NCBI GenBank assembly: GCA_951406725.2
Contig: OX597839.1
Location: 35,402,001 to 35,466,000 of the forward strand
Length of the DNA: 64,000 nt
Direction: 5' to 3'
From: Octopus vulgaris
Lineage: Eukaryota
Part shown: in pieces, positions 23,680-37,623 of the stretch
How positions within the stretch are numbered: the first letter of the stretch is position 1
How the letters are laid out: the number at the start of each line of letters is the position of its first letter
The notes under the pieces: model-generated
Told to the model about the DNA's origin: nothing
The model's input: the letters and a program-made list of their open reading frames with translations, nothing else
Databases searched by the model: none
Translations under genes and position numbers: made by a program

Positions 23680-25357
23680 CGCACGTGCACGCGTGTGACA
23701 GGCTTCTTTCAGTTTCTGTCAACCAAATCCACTCACAAAGCACTGATTGGCCTTGGGCTATAGTAGAAGACACCTGCCCAAGGTAGTGTGCAGTGGGTTT
23801 CTGTAGCTTGACATCTTACTTAACACCAATCATTTTACAGAATGTCCTGGGTACAGTTTATCATGGCAGCAGCACCAGAGAGGTGGTCTTGCTGCTAGTA
23901 ATAAGAGGAGTGTCTCTAGACAGATGGAAGGGGTTTCTTGACCCTAGTCTCGGCTTATTTACTGAACACTTTGCAGAATGCGTTGGAGTTTGGTTGGGAA
24001 CCGAACCTTTTAACTACACAGCGACACCTATTGGATCACTCTGCTGACTGGTTGGTGTAAGGAAGGGCATCCAGCTGTGAAAATCCTGCCAATACAGTTA
24101 CAGAAGCCTGGTGAGAAACTGCCCCACCCATACCAGCATGGAAGGTGAACGTTAAATGATGATGATGATGTGGTAACAACAAACATGAAGATAAGTGGCA
24201 AAGTCAGCAGGAAGAGGAGGAGTAGAAGTAGAGCTGGATACATCAGCATAAGTCGAAGTGGTAGCGATAAACGGAGGGAGGTGCTTATATTGATGATGAT
24301 GAGGAGGTGGTGGGGAGGTTGGGAAAAGTGTAGAAGATAGATGGAGGCAAATGCCTTCACATTCTTCATAGCGTTGTTCTCATTGGCATTTCTCCCATCA
24401 ATAAACCACCTGCCTGCTTCATGCCTTCAAAGCCACGTAGAATAAGAGGTCCCTCACTCGAAAAACAGATAATGGCTAATTAACATCAAGGGCATCATCA
24501 TCATCATCATCATCATTTAACATCTGTTTTCCATGCTGGTATGGGTTGGATGGTTCGACCAGAACTGGTAAGCCTGGAGGGGGATGCACCAGGTTCCATT
24601 GTCTTTTCTGGCACAGTTTCTAAAGCCAGATGCCCTTCCTAATGCCAACCATTCCACAGAGTGTACCGGGTGTTTTTCATGTGGCACCAGTATCAATTCT
24701 GCAGTTGCAGACGTGTCTTCTGGAGTGCAGCAAGGCACCAGATATTTCGGTCCTTTGTCAACATATTCATCTGTTTACATTTCTGTAACTTCGCAGTTCA
24801 GTGAAAGAGATCAATAGAATAAATACCAGGCTAAAGAAAAACTACCAGGGTCAGTTCATTTGATTAAAAATTCTTCAAGGTGGCCCAACGACAGATACAA
24901 GTAGAACATAAAAGATAGATGGTGTTATAACTAATAGACTGAGTAGTCCATTAATTTAATATAAGTATGCCATGACTCATCCAACCCATGCCAGCATAAA
25001 AAGCAGACACGTGATGCCAATAGAGATTTATACAAAAAAAAGAAGCTTAAATCTTGTATAATATTCATGTTATAATTAATGCCATCATTTGCTGCCCTAA
25101 CTTAAGCCAAGCATACGGGACCAAGGGTAAAATGTTTGTGACCCTAGGAAACTGGTGATGATGCGAAAAGGTTTCTGATATTGCGATGGAGTCAGAGGAA
25201 GAGGTTACAAAACCTTTGAGTAATTCTGATGTTTATCCCAACTGCGACAGAGTTGCCAATTTGGACAGAGGGACAACTGGGTAAAACTCATCAATATATA
25301 TTGGGTTGTCTGGAAAGTTCGTGCCGATTTTTAAAGGAAAGAAAAAGGTCAATAAAC

Positions 25358-25634
25358 ATCATCATCATCATCATCATTGTTCGACCGTGGTTGAGACAAT
25401 GGAATTTACCATGCTACGCCAGACTTCACGGTCCATCATGGCATTACGGAGGCCCTGTTGCCGGATGCCTGTATCCCTGGAGATTACATCAGGGTAGGAG
25501 AGTGTGCGCCCTCTGGTATTGCGAGTAGATGGCTTCCAGAGGAGAAGAGTAGAAATTGCCTCGCTTTCAGCTCCACAACAACGTCCAGCAAACTGGACTC
25601 TCCTACCTTTCACAAGAGATGACACAGGTGGCAG
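25358..25634 (-). mobile_element. RTE-clade LINE short 3' fragment in XRN1 intron 1
   Basis: SSLVKGRRVQFAG...DREVWRSMVNSIVSTTVEQ* followed by (TGA)n. Confidence 0.88.
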
Positions 25635-27795
25635 CCTCGATAAACACTTGCCATTACATTTTTAATCAACCAAATACGAACCATTTTGTTGCATTTTCTT
25701 TAACTTGAAAACACCCTCTCCCCAGAATTGGGGTGGTTTCATGGCATTTACTGGCACCCTACTAATATGGTATTACTTTAAATTCAGCTTAAATGTGGCT
25801 GAGTTCCTTTCGAGTCTTGGGCCTCACAGAGACAATAACCGAGAATTTCTTTATTATCCATAAGGATTAACACAGATGGGGACAATACAATGATTTGGGG
25901 TCAAAACATGGAACTTTTTACAATGAAATCGGATGGGTTATTTACAATGGAGTTATAATGAAATCGAATAAAAACAAACAAGAAAAAGAGACAAATGAAG
26001 TTAAAAGAACAGGGTAGCCGACCCCACGAGCCCTGTCATTTCAGCTGGAACTTTTGGTAGGTGATCATGGCGTGTTCGTGCAGGGCCTTTCACACCCAGC
26101 ATCCGTGCTACATGCATCCATCTTTTCTTGATACTGGTGTCACGCAAATAGCGCCCATGCCGGTGGCACGTTAAAGCACCCATTACACTTTTAGAGTGGT
26201 TGGCATTAGGAAGGGCATCCAGCCACAGAAAACCGTGCCAAATATCAAACTGGAGTCTGGTGCAGCCTTCCAGCTTACCAGCCTTGGTCAAACCGTCCAA
26301 CCCATGCCAGCATGGAGAACGGACGTTAAACGATGATGATGTATGTATATATGTATTGTGACTTTGTGTTTGTCCCCCGCCACCGCTTGGTAACCGGTGT
26401 TGCTGCGTTTACGTTCACATAACTTAGCGGTTCGGTAAAAAAGACCAATAAAAAAATTTCCAGGTATAAAAAAGAACTGGCTGTTGATTAAAATTCTTCG
26501 AGGCGGTGCCCCAGCATGGCCGCAGTCGAATGACTGAAAATGATAAAGAACCACTAAATTCCATAGTAAAACTTAAAAGCTAAGGGAGGTAACTCTTGCA
26601 CCTCTCACGGTCGCTTTACCTGCTAGAAATAGCAACCCAAATACTTTTAAATCAGATCCCAATGCTGGGTATCCAATAACCAAATGAAGGGCAGATTTTC
26701 AATCCTGGGATCAGCCCCCGATTCCAAAAAAGGTATATGTCTATATAGGGCAAATATAGACTGCGATACACGGGTCCCAGGCGGACAAAATTTCGCTTTA
26801 AATATATATATATATTCCTTCATGGCGTTAGGAAGGGCATCCAGCTGTAGAAACACTGCCAGATCAGACTGGGCCTGGCGCAGCCTTCTGGCTTCCCAGA
26901 CCCCAGTTGAACCGTCCAACCCATGCTAGCATGGAAAACGGACGTTAAACGATGATGATGATCCAAGAAGGATCTTCCGTTTCTAATATTTCAACTCCAT
27001 TGTCTAAGCGCTAGCCTGTATGTTAGTCTGTGGTAATGTGACCATGAATTAGGTTCCCAAATTGTGTTTGCGTAACTCAGACATCCTCTTGAAGCCATTA
27101 AATCAAGTGGAAATTCAGTTACGCTTTCCACCTAACTATTGAACTTTCACTTTAAACAACTTCGCATATCCACGCCCACCCATCGTCTAAAACAACCAGA
27201 GAAGCGACAAATTTCCTTAACAAAAGCCAACAGTCATTTAAACACACTTAAACACCAAGAGCCACTTACTGTGACCCAACGACATTGCCAAAACGAAACT
27301 CATTGGTTTCTTTTCTTATTGTAATTTAATTAGATTCTTATTTTTACTTATTTCTATCCTAAAACTGGAGCAAACTTTTGCCTCGATATTTATTCTTCTT
27401 CGCCTCATAGTGGCTCTTGTTATAAATTTCTAGCCGAAATTGCGAGGATGATCCGGTTCTTGACTGAAGATTGAAGGCTTCGAATGTCCCGTCCGTGTTT
27501 TTTGTATCGTCTTCTAAATGTTTTGCGTTCTTGTCCCAGTTTGTATTTTTTTACATATATATATATATATATATTTGAAACACTCCTGTCACAACCTGGG
27601 ACCTTGAAGACTGCTTAAATGCAAGAAAGTATACTAGTCCCCTAATATTTGATATTCAATATCTCATCTATTTAATAAGACAATCAATACTTCATTTCAT
27701 TTTATTATATATATACTATTTATACTATATATTCTACATTAATATTATAAAGAATATAAATAAAACATAAAAAAAACAGAGTTGGAATTCCTTTG

Positions 27796-27848
<53 letters not shown>

Positions 27849-28450
27849 TGTATATAAGTTAAAGAACCACCATGTAGCAATTCAACAATAATATACTTAA
27901 ATCATACCATATAGAAAAATGGTTAAAGATACGATAAAACATTTACCTAGAACTAAATAAAGTACGAAATAATAAATAGTATATATATATATATGTTTTT
28001 TTCTGAGTGTCTTTCTGTTGAAGAGCGTAGGCTCGAAACATAAAAGACTTGTTCTATTTCTATTCCTGAGCGTCATACTAATACAATTGTTTGTTTATTT
28101 TCGTAAACCTTCCCGTTATATATATATATATATATATATGAACGTATGTATGTTTGATGATGTATGCATACGTGTGTGTCTGAGTACATGCACACATATG
28201 TCGAAGTGTTTGTTAAATGGGATGAGAGCAAAAGCGAAATTATTTACAAGAGGTTAAGGAAGTATTATGAAAAACACGAAACACAGATTTAAATGGACAT
28301 ATTGACCTGATTCGCTTAATTGTAATACTGAACTAGAATTTGAAAATTAGCAGGTAAATGAACAACAAAAACTGCTTTAGCAGTTATCTCGACGAGATTC
28401 TAGGCTAGCAAATTTTATTTCGAAAACGTTTCGGTACCAGTCGAATTCGT

Positions 28451-28649
28451 GGGTCCAGAATTATTGACTTAACGACGTAAGGGGCCCGGCACGGGTCCCG
28501 AAATACTTGGCTTAACCATACAATAATATGAACATATTTTGTTTTATAATTAAAAATTTAAAAAACTAGATTAAAAACACTCAAGAATTTACAGATCGAT
28601 TCATCAACTGTCGGGCCCCTTGTGTCGTTAAGTCAATATTTCGGGACCC
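28451..28649. mobile_element. MITE-like element with ~41-bp imperfect TIRs
   Basis: GGGTCCAGAATTATTGACTTAACGACGTAAGGGGCCCGGCA versus the reverse complement at 28609-28649. Confidence 0.65.
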
Positions 28650-28815
28650 TTGTATCCCACAAGTACCAAGGTTTCTTCTGGAGGGGACTGGGGTGTTTTT
28701 AATCCTAAGTTTAAACTGTGGTTGATCGGTCGATGGCTGTTGTCCATTTTCTGTCATTCGGTCCTGACCTGGTTTATGAGTTATATACTATATTGATTGC
28801 ATATGTCTGTATGTG

Positions 28816-28882
<67 letters not shown>

Positions 28883-29084
28883 TAAGTTCAGTAAATTTTA
28901 GATTTAGTTGAATATGGTACATATGTTAAAGGCACCAGAATTTAGTATGGTATTATCCATATAAATCAAAATGGGGTGATTATAATCAAAATAAGCAACA
29001 AGGATATCCAGAGGTAATGCAATATATATATATATATATATTGATAAAACGGTAAGATAACAAAAGAAAGAAAGAGACCTCAAT

Positions 29085-29169
29085 ATTATGTAAATAGATA
29101 TATATATATATATATATATAGGTGGCAATCTTGCAGCTATATATATATATATAGGTGGCAATCTTGCAG

Positions 29170-29202
<33 letters not shown>

Positions 29203-29216
29203 TGGCAATCTTGCAG

Positions 29217-29249
<33 letters not shown>

Positions 29250-29270
29250 TGGCAATCTTGCAGCTATTAA
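29085..29270. repeat. GGTGGCAATCTTGCAGC x4 separated by (TA)n
   Basis: Copies near 29121, 29154, 29201 and 29248. Confidence 0.9.
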
Positions 29271-29588
29271 AAGATTGTCATATAGGCATATACAAATATA
29301 TATTTATACTATATATATATATATATATATATATCACTTTTAGAAGAAGCACACTCTGGGGTTACTCTGGGTATATGTGTATATATATAGACATATATAC
29401 ACACACATACGTATATATATATATATATAAATAATACACACACACACACACACACATATATAAAGTGTGTGTGTGTGTAGTGATATTTTTGAAACTCGAC
29501 GCCTTCCTATTAATAACAGCCAACAACGTGAAGTTAGCAGTTTTTTCTTTTATAGAGGAACACTTTTGACATTTAAGGAAACGCACAC

Positions 29589-29644
<56 letters not shown>

Positions 29645-30099
29645 TTAGAGAAACACACCCGCCCCATAACAATGTCTATGCTTTAAATTAAATTCAGAAA
29701 ACTTTAAAGGAAATTTATCGGTGGTCCTTGAATCGGCAAATATTTAACACAGTTCAGGCCATAGTAGTTCACCACACCAACTTGACGAATATATATTTGT
29801 GTATGTACACACATACACGCATTTCTCAACACACCCAAGGTTTACCATATAAGACAGATATATTGTACACACACCCGTATACAACACCCAAGACACGGCT
29901 TCATTAGCTTTTAATCTTAGACTATTGGTATTTAATTGAATTTATCGATTTTCTGTCTGTTTATGAATCGATCGATCCCTTTTAGATTGTATGTACCTAC
30001 GTTTGTCTACGAGAATAAAAGTGCAAAACTTATTATATTCATTTCAATTCACCTTAACCGGATTTTTTAATAAACGTTCCCAGGCAATGTCGACATATA

Positions 30100-30109
30100 A
30101 ATACACAGA

Positions 30110-30157
<48 letters not shown>

Positions 30158-30524
30158 TATATATATAGATATATATACATATATACACAGATATATATAC
30201 ATATATATACAGATATATATACATATATATACAGATATATATACATACAGATCTATATATATACATAGATATATATATATATATACATAGATATATATAC
30301 ATATATACATACAGATATATATACATATATACATACATATATACATACAGATATATATACATATATACACATATATATACACAGATATATATACACAGAT
30401 ATATATATACACACATATATATATACACATATATATATATACACAGAGTTATATATATATACACAGATATATATATATATATATACACAGATATATATAC
30501 ACAGATATATATATATATATACAC

Positions 30525-30573
<49 letters not shown>

Positions 30574-30652
30574 TACATATATATATATATACACAGATAT
30601 ATATATATATATACACACTCGGATATATATATACACACAGATATATATATAT

Positions 30653-30687
<35 letters not shown>

Positions 30688-30712
30688 CACACACACAGGT
30701 ACACACAGATAT
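30100..30712. repeat. Compound (TA)n/CACAGA microsatellite in XRN1 intron 1, representative of many TA/CA/GA/CAT tracts in the window
   Basis: Directly visible low-complexity repeat. Confidence 0.97.
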
Positions 30713-30798
30713 GCATTTAAAACAACAATCTGAAATCAAAATCGCTTACCAGAGTGATGATATACATGGAGATATATATATAACACATATAAGATATT

Positions 30799-30846
<48 letters not shown>

Positions 30847-30852
30847 ACTTAC

Positions 30853-30927
30853 CTGAAATTCTCTAATAACTTCACTTAGACACGGGTACCGCTCGCTGAT
30901 CCAACGGTAAAATTTCGGTACCCCCAT
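30853..30927 (-). CDS. XRN1: XRN1 coding exon 1 (MGVPKFYRWISERYPCLSEVIREFQ)
   Basis: ATG at 30927; hallmark XRN N-terminus MGVPKFYRWISERYP; donor CAG|GTAAGT; 75 nt, phase 0. Confidence 0.97.
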
Positions 30928-31939
30928 AATTGTAGTTTTGAAACTCCGGTACCTCTGCTTTTTATATGTGTATATATAATATATATATGTGTATATATAC
31001 CTTCTGTAAGTGTCCGTCTAAATAATATATATATATATATTTATATATATGTATGTTGTCCTTTTCTTGTACTCTCTCTCTCCTCTATTTTCTTTCAATA
31101 ACTTGTTATAATTATTATTATTATTATTAATTATCCAGGTGTCGATGCAGTTGGGGGACTATTTTCTAACGAGACCCCTTTATCCGTTTAGTTATGTAAT
31201 ATATATCCACCTATATATATACATGTATGTATGTTATGTAGGTACAATTATAAAGAAATGAGATATACATATAATACTCTTTTTTTTCCTTCTCCTCTTT
31301 ATATATATACACATATATAAACTTGTCTATGTGTCTGTCTTGGGAGCTGCATATATATATATATATTTTTTCTTTTAACTTTTGTTTTTCTCTTTATATA
31401 TATACACATATATAAACTTGTCTATGTGTCTGTCTGTCTTGGGAACTGCATATATATATATATATATATATAATATATATATATATATATTCTTTTAACT
31501 TTTTTTTTGGTGTGTGTGTGTGTCTCCTATCTATTCATGGAATCATAAACATGCTGCTGGTGTCGGTGGTTCTCGCGAAAATATCCAAAAATAGGGAAAT
31601 AAACTAGAATCATAGTGATATCTGAGCAGACAATTCGTGTATGTTGTGTAAAAATGAAAGGGATTCGTCGACATTGGTGATAAATATGAGGAAAAAACAC
31701 TGGTTTTTTTCAAATAAAAGGTTACAGGACTGCTTATTAAACCTCCAGCCAAGGATTGCCCATAGGAATAAACACTATGAAATGGCAACCACCACACGCT
31801 ACGTGTTATAAAAATATATATACATATATATAAGAGATTATATTGTTGCCCGTTCCTCAGCTGTTTTGTGAAACTGACAAGAAATTCTGACGACATAAAA
31901 TGATGAACGTTGGACGTTTTTTTTGTTTTTCGGGGAAAT

Positions 31940-32040
31940 CGAAGCGGAAGTCGAAGGCGGAGACTTTACGTCACTTCCGCTCTTGCAACATCGGTTGCGA
32001 TTTTTATCTTTTTGCAACATCGGTTGCAACATCTTGCTTC
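31940..32040. promoter_or_regulatory. Putative XRN1-side core promoter with ETS and overlapping ETS/CRE motifs
   Basis: CpG-containing patch about 1 kb upstream of the XRN1 ATG: GCGGAAGT (31944-31951), GCGGAAGTGACGTAAA on the minus strand (31965-31980), and repeated TTGCAACATCGGTTGC. Confidence 0.5.
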
Positions 32041-32440
32041 TCTTGGAGAGAAACGAAAGAAATTCCGACTTACTTTACATTGGCGGCATCGTTTTTTTTA
32101 TTATTATTGTCGTTACGTTCTGAGTTCAAATTCCGCCGAGGTCGACTTTGCCTGTCATCCTTTCGGAGGTCGATAAAAATTAAGTACCAGTTATGCACTG
32201 GGGTCGATGCAATCGACTTAATACCTATGTCTGTCCTTGTTTGTCCCCTCTGTGTTTAGCCCCTTGTGGGTAGTAAAGAAATAGATAAAATTAAGTACCA
32301 GTTACGCACTGGGGTCGATGTAATCGACTTAATCCGTTTGTTTGTCCCCTCTGTGTTTAGCCCATTATGGGCAGTAAAGAAATACATTTTTATTATTTAT
32401 AGAGATGTGTGTGTGTGTGTTTATATTTAGAAGGTGATAG

Positions 32441-32847
32441 GGATCTTTTCGGTTTGAACGGCAGTTTTTTTTCTAGCGGTGTCATATGAAATTGTCACCC
32501 ATAATTATAACCCTAGTATCGATCTATTGCATTTCAATCTCTTTTAGGGTTAGGGAAGGGTATCTTTTTTACTTCGCAAATGTAAATAAACCCAATCTGT
32601 TTCTTAAACGAGGGACATATTCATATGGCACAGAATGCTTTTTACCTTAATAGACGTCACTGATTGGTTGAAATTGAAGAAATTGAAGAAAAAAAACAAC
32701 AAATATCTTACAAACTATAGAATTTTCTCAATAAAGCCAAGAGAAAAAGATGTTTTATAAACACATTCTACCAGTATACGAAGTTTAAAAGTGTTTAGTT
32801 ATGTGGAAATTATTTTTAAAAAACTGCCGTTCAAACCGAAAAGATCC
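32441..32847. mobile_element. MITE between the XRN1 and SPCS1 5' ends
   Basis: ~28-bp perfect TIRs GGATCTTTTCGGTTTGAACGGCAGTTTT / AAAACTGCCGTTCAAACCGAAAAGATCC; internal TTAGGGTTAGGG. Confidence 0.85.
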
Positions 32848-33261
32848 AGCATTCCTATAGAATAGAGTCAGAAATTAGCTAGAGGGCCCAAAACCTAATT
32901 TTCCTAGATCCTTATATTTTAAGCACCGCAGATTACAGATTTAAAAAATAGTGCTGGCCTTAGATTTTGAACGAAACAGAAGAGTGGTTACTGTACTTGA
33001 CTGGATTAACGCCGAAATACCGAAACGAAAATAAATATTGTTTGCTAATTTCACGTTTTCGACATTTCTACTGAGCCTTATGCATCTTTAAAACGTATAA
33101 TTAATGATGTCCGTAATTAAAAACTACTGGAATGTTATTTTTTCTTATAATAATTATCGAAAGATCGTCTATAATTTCATGATGAAAGCATTGCTCATTC
33201 GTAATGTCATTACATGTTAATAATGTTTTATTTTTCAATGCTCTTTCAAACTAATTACCCA

Positions 33262-33665
33262 GAAGTTACTTAATTGTTTCTTTTGTTGTAATATACGTTC
33301 TTTTAAAATGAAAGTATTTTTATCAGTGGAGTAAAAAAAGTAACCATTTTTTTTTATTTCGTTTCGGCGTTCGAGTAAACCACGATGGTTTTTGTAAATT
33401 CTCACCGCGCGCGCACGCACACACAGAGTTTTTGTTTTAATTTTGCCCCGATTCTTCACCAAAAAGTTACTTAAATGTTTCTTTTGTTGTAATATACATT
33501 CTTTTAAAATGAAATTATTTTTATCAGTGGAGTAAAAAAAAGTAACCATTTTTTTTTTATTTCGTTTCGGCGTTCGAGTAAACCACGATGGCTTTTGTAA
33601 ATTCTCCCCGCGCGCGGGCGCGCGCACACAGGATTTTTTTTAAAATTTTGCCCCGATTCTTCACC
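33262..33665. repeat. ~201-bp tandem duplication just upstream of SPCS1
   Basis: Two copies of AAGTTACTTAA...TTTCGTTTCGGCGTTCGAGTAAACCACGATGG...CGCGCG...GCCCCGATTCTTCACCA. Confidence 0.9.
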
Positions 33666-33944
33666 ATTTATTTATCCTATGGCGAAATTTGAACTCACAA
33701 ATGTAAAAGAGTGTGAAACCTACAAAAATACTTTTAAAAAAAGTGTGTGAGAGGGGAGAACGATTCCAAATCCTTAAACTTCTCCAAGAGAACATACTAA
33801 AACAAATCTCGTTTCAGTTCCTTGACCGAACGAGAATCTACGAGATTTCAACGTAGCACAAACTCGGTGAGACTTTCACTTCTGGCAGAAAAGAAAATCG
33901 AACCAGCAAAGTCCTCCTCATTTCTAGACACACGGAACGGAAAA

Positions 33945-34001
33945 ATGGATTTCATCAAAGATTTTCTACCCGAGAGTATAAAATCTATCCCTACACATAT
34001 G
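33945..34001 (+). CDS. SPCS1: SPCS1 exon 1 (MDFIKDFLPESIKSIPTHM)
   Basis: AAAAATGG start context, ATG|GTGAGA donor, 57 nt phase 0; S.PT.M joins the DF.GQ motif of exon 2 as in SPC12-family proteins. Confidence 0.9.
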
Positions 34002-36921
34002 GTGAGAAACTATCCAAACATAATTCCATTTAATTTTGTCGTCCTTTTTCCGTCTTCTTCTCACCCCAGCTGGTTTCCTCTCCAGCAGAAACCAATGTTT
34101 ATGTTATTTATTTACCTTTAATTAACCCCTTTTGCTTGAACTACTGACCGTTTTAAAAACCCCTACCGATTTAGATCGTTGACAGTTAACTCTAAATCGT
34201 CAGCTGAAATCTCTTAATTGCATAAAAGATAAGATTCGGATAAACGATACATATAAACATCTGTTTTCCGAACACATACTTTGTATAATGTGGCAATCTT
34301 TTCGTTTTGTCCTTATTTCACCGTCTTTTATGTAAACTACCACATAAATTGTAGACTGTCCTTGTGAAATCTCACTCATCTATGCCCCTGTGGCAAATAA
34401 ATTGTTATTGTCGGTATTATTATTAGGGCAGCGAGCTGGCAGAAACGTTAGTACGCCGGCATTTCGTCTGTTTTCATGTTCTGAGTTCAAATGCCGCCAG
34501 GGTCGATAAAATAAGTACCCTTTAAGCACGTGGGTCGACGTAATCGACTCGTCCCTTATCCCAAGATTTCTGGCATTGTGCCGTTAGTAGAAATGATTGT
34601 GGTTAATGATGACATTATTATTGCCCGGAAACGAAATCGAAAAAAAAAAAATGGATTGTTCAATTGTCGTAGGAATAGAGAATGCCTCAAGTTTTAGTGA
34701 CGAGGCAGTGGCTGAACTGAGGTGAGTGTTAGAGAAACTTGATCAAGGTTCTGTGCAGTCGGAACTGATGCGAACTTCTCAACCACGCAGCGTTGGATAT
34801 TCGGTTTGGAATCACAAATTGACAGTATTCCGTATTCAGGTGGATGTATCGAATGTATTGAATGTGATAAAGTGTAGAATTAGATTATTATCCTGCTTCC
34901 AGCTTCAGTGTTGCTACCAAGATTTGAAAAAAAAGGGCAGATTCTCCCCTCTTATTTTGTGATTTAGGGAGGATTTTTGAAAACCAAGGGGGAATTCGCA
35001 GCAGTGTTCAGTGAGCAAATTAAACTCCCTACCCGGCAGTGGCTAAAAAGCAAACTGATCAAGTTGATGCATAAATATTCTTTTTATCTGTTTGTTTCCT
35101 TTTACACAATATTAAAATAATGGCTAAACATTTTCTGAAGCAGCACCCCGAATAATTTTATCTACGACCCACTACTGCTATCATTATACACAGACTGGGT
35201 GCAATGTTGCATATAGAGTATACACCATAAATGCAACTAGGTTTCCCCATACATGTTTTGTATATATTTCCGACTAGATGCTTGTCTTGATGAAAGACCA
35301 AGTGCTGTTGAGGACTTGCAATGAAAAATATATTGAAGATTCCACAAACATATAATTGCATCGATCCATCCATTTTCTCAGCCCACCATTCCTTAGAACA
35401 TCATGGGGGTAGAGAGTCCTGTCAAATGTAATATCTATTTATTCAAATTGTTTTGAATTAGTCCTGTGTTATCTCACAGCTTCGAGGTTTCAATGATGTG
35501 TAGAATTACTTTGTAAAATAGGTGTGAGAAGTCAGATCTGTTCAGCTTCACCATGAAACGGAGAATATTTGGGCCAGGTAGGGCAGGTATGGCTGATTTA
35601 AATGCTGAAGGGTTAATGTAAGTCTCTCCATCATACAAGTGCTGTCCTTCATTTCCAGTGTGGAGGCACATGGCCTAGTGGTTAGAGCAGTGGACTTGCG
35701 GTCGAGGGATCGCGGGTTTGAATCTCAGACCAGGCGATGTGGGTATTTATGAATGAAACACCTAAACTCCAGCAGTAGGTATTGGTGAACTTCTGCTGAC
35801 TCTTTTGCCCACAACTTTCTCTCACTCTTTCCTCCTGCATCTTGCAGCTCACCTGCAGCAGACTGGCATCCCGTCCAGGTGGGGAACCTATAAACCAAGG
35901 AAACTGGGAAAGCAGCCCTTATGAGCCAGGCATGGCTCGAGAAGGAACAAAACAACTTCATTTCCAGTCCTCCATGAAAATATGTCTAGTCATGAGGGGA
36001 GGGTGAAAAATAATAATGTCTTACTTGGAAATAGGTGAGGGTTACCTAAAGGAAGGGCATCCAGCTGTAGAAGATCTGCTTCAATAAAAACTGCACCTTG
36101 ACTTGTCCGAGCTTCGAAAAGTGGATGTTGACAAGATGATGGCGATGGTGATGATGACAAAAGCAAACTCCTGCTACCCATTCCTTCCTTCCCCACATTT
36201 TTTTCTACAGACATCATTTTCTAACCCTCTGGGAAAGCTGGCAAAAGCCAGACACACAACTCACTTTCTCTTCAATAACACATAAGAACCAAAAAAAAAA
36301 AAAAACCAGCAGACCCACCAACACCACCAGTTCACTGGTAGTTACTTCATTTACTCTTTTACTTGTTTCAGTCATTTGACTGCAGCCATGCTGGAGCACC
36401 GCCTTTAATCGAGCAAATCGACCCTGGGACTTATTCTTTGTAAGCCCAGTACTTATTGTATCGGTCTCTTTTGCTGAACTGCTAAGTGACGGGGACATAA
36501 ACACACCAGCATCGGTTGTCAAGCAATGCTAGGGAGACAAACACAGACACACAAACACACACACGACAGGCTTCTTTCAGTTTCTGTCTACCAAATCCAC
36601 TCACAAGGCTTTGGTTGGCCCTGGGCTATAGCAGAAGACACTTGCCCAAGATGCCACGCAGTGGGACTGAACCCGGAACCATGTGGTTGGTTAGCAAGCT
36701 ACTTACCACACAGCCACTCCTGCACCTACATAAGAACCAAAAAAAAAAACAACAACAAAAAACACCAGCAGACCCACCACCACCACCACCACCAGTTCAC
36801 TGGTAGTTACTTTACTGACGATGATAAAGATATTTTAACCAGCTTCCATCTTGTACTGCTAGACTTTTAGCTTTTGTCTGCTAAGAATTATAGCTTGTTT
36901 CTCCTTGTTTTTCTTTTGTAG

Positions 36922-36981
36922 GACTTTGATGGCCAAAGACAAGCGGAGAGAACATTCCAGATAATTATAATTCTATTTGGA
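36922..36981 (+). CDS. SPCS1: SPCS1 exon 2 (DFDGQRQAERTFQIIIILFG)
   Basis: Polypyrimidine-TGTAG acceptor, GTAAGA donor, 60 nt; MDFxGQxxAE SPC12 signature. Confidence 0.95.
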
Positions 36982-37591
36982 GTAAGATTATTTTCATTAT
37001 CTTTATTGTTATTATTATTATTATTAATATTATAAAAGGCAGCGAGCTGGCAGAATCGTTAGCACACTGGGCAAAATGCTTAGCAGCATGTTGTCTGCCA
37101 CTTCGTTCCGAGTTCAAATTCTACCAAGGTCAACTTTGCCTTTCATCCTTTCAGGGTCACATGACTGCAAAGCAAACATCTCAACATCACAGCCACATCT
37201 AGGCCTTAATCTCTGTTATTCATCTTTATACTTATATAGGCACAGGTGTGGCTGTGTGGTACCTTGGGCAAGTGTCTTGTACTATAGCATTGGGCCGACC
37301 AAAGCCTTGTGACTGGATTTAGCAGATGGAAACTGAAGATATCCTGTCATATATATATATATATATAGCTACATGGTTTCGGGTTCAGTCCCACTGCGTG
37401 GCACTTTGGGTAGTTGTCTTCCACTATAGCCCCGAGCCGACCGGAGCTTTGTGATTGAATTCGGTAGGTGGAAGTTACTGCCGTGTGTGTATGTGTGTGT
37501 ATAGCTGCTCAGTGCCTCTCCGAAAGAGAGAGAGGGATATACATACATATATATATATATACATATATATACATGCATGCATGCATGCATG

Positions 37592-37623
<32 letters not shown>

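Noticed and set aside
29991-30739. YIYI/CVCV/HTHT-rich ORFs here and throughout the window
   Set aside because: Microsatellite translation artefacts.
658-30927. Assignment as XRN2/Rat1 or as a pseudogene
   Set aside because: [27 protein letters not shown] and GFPTFKHI are XRN1-type, and all 18 exons join without stops or frameshifts.
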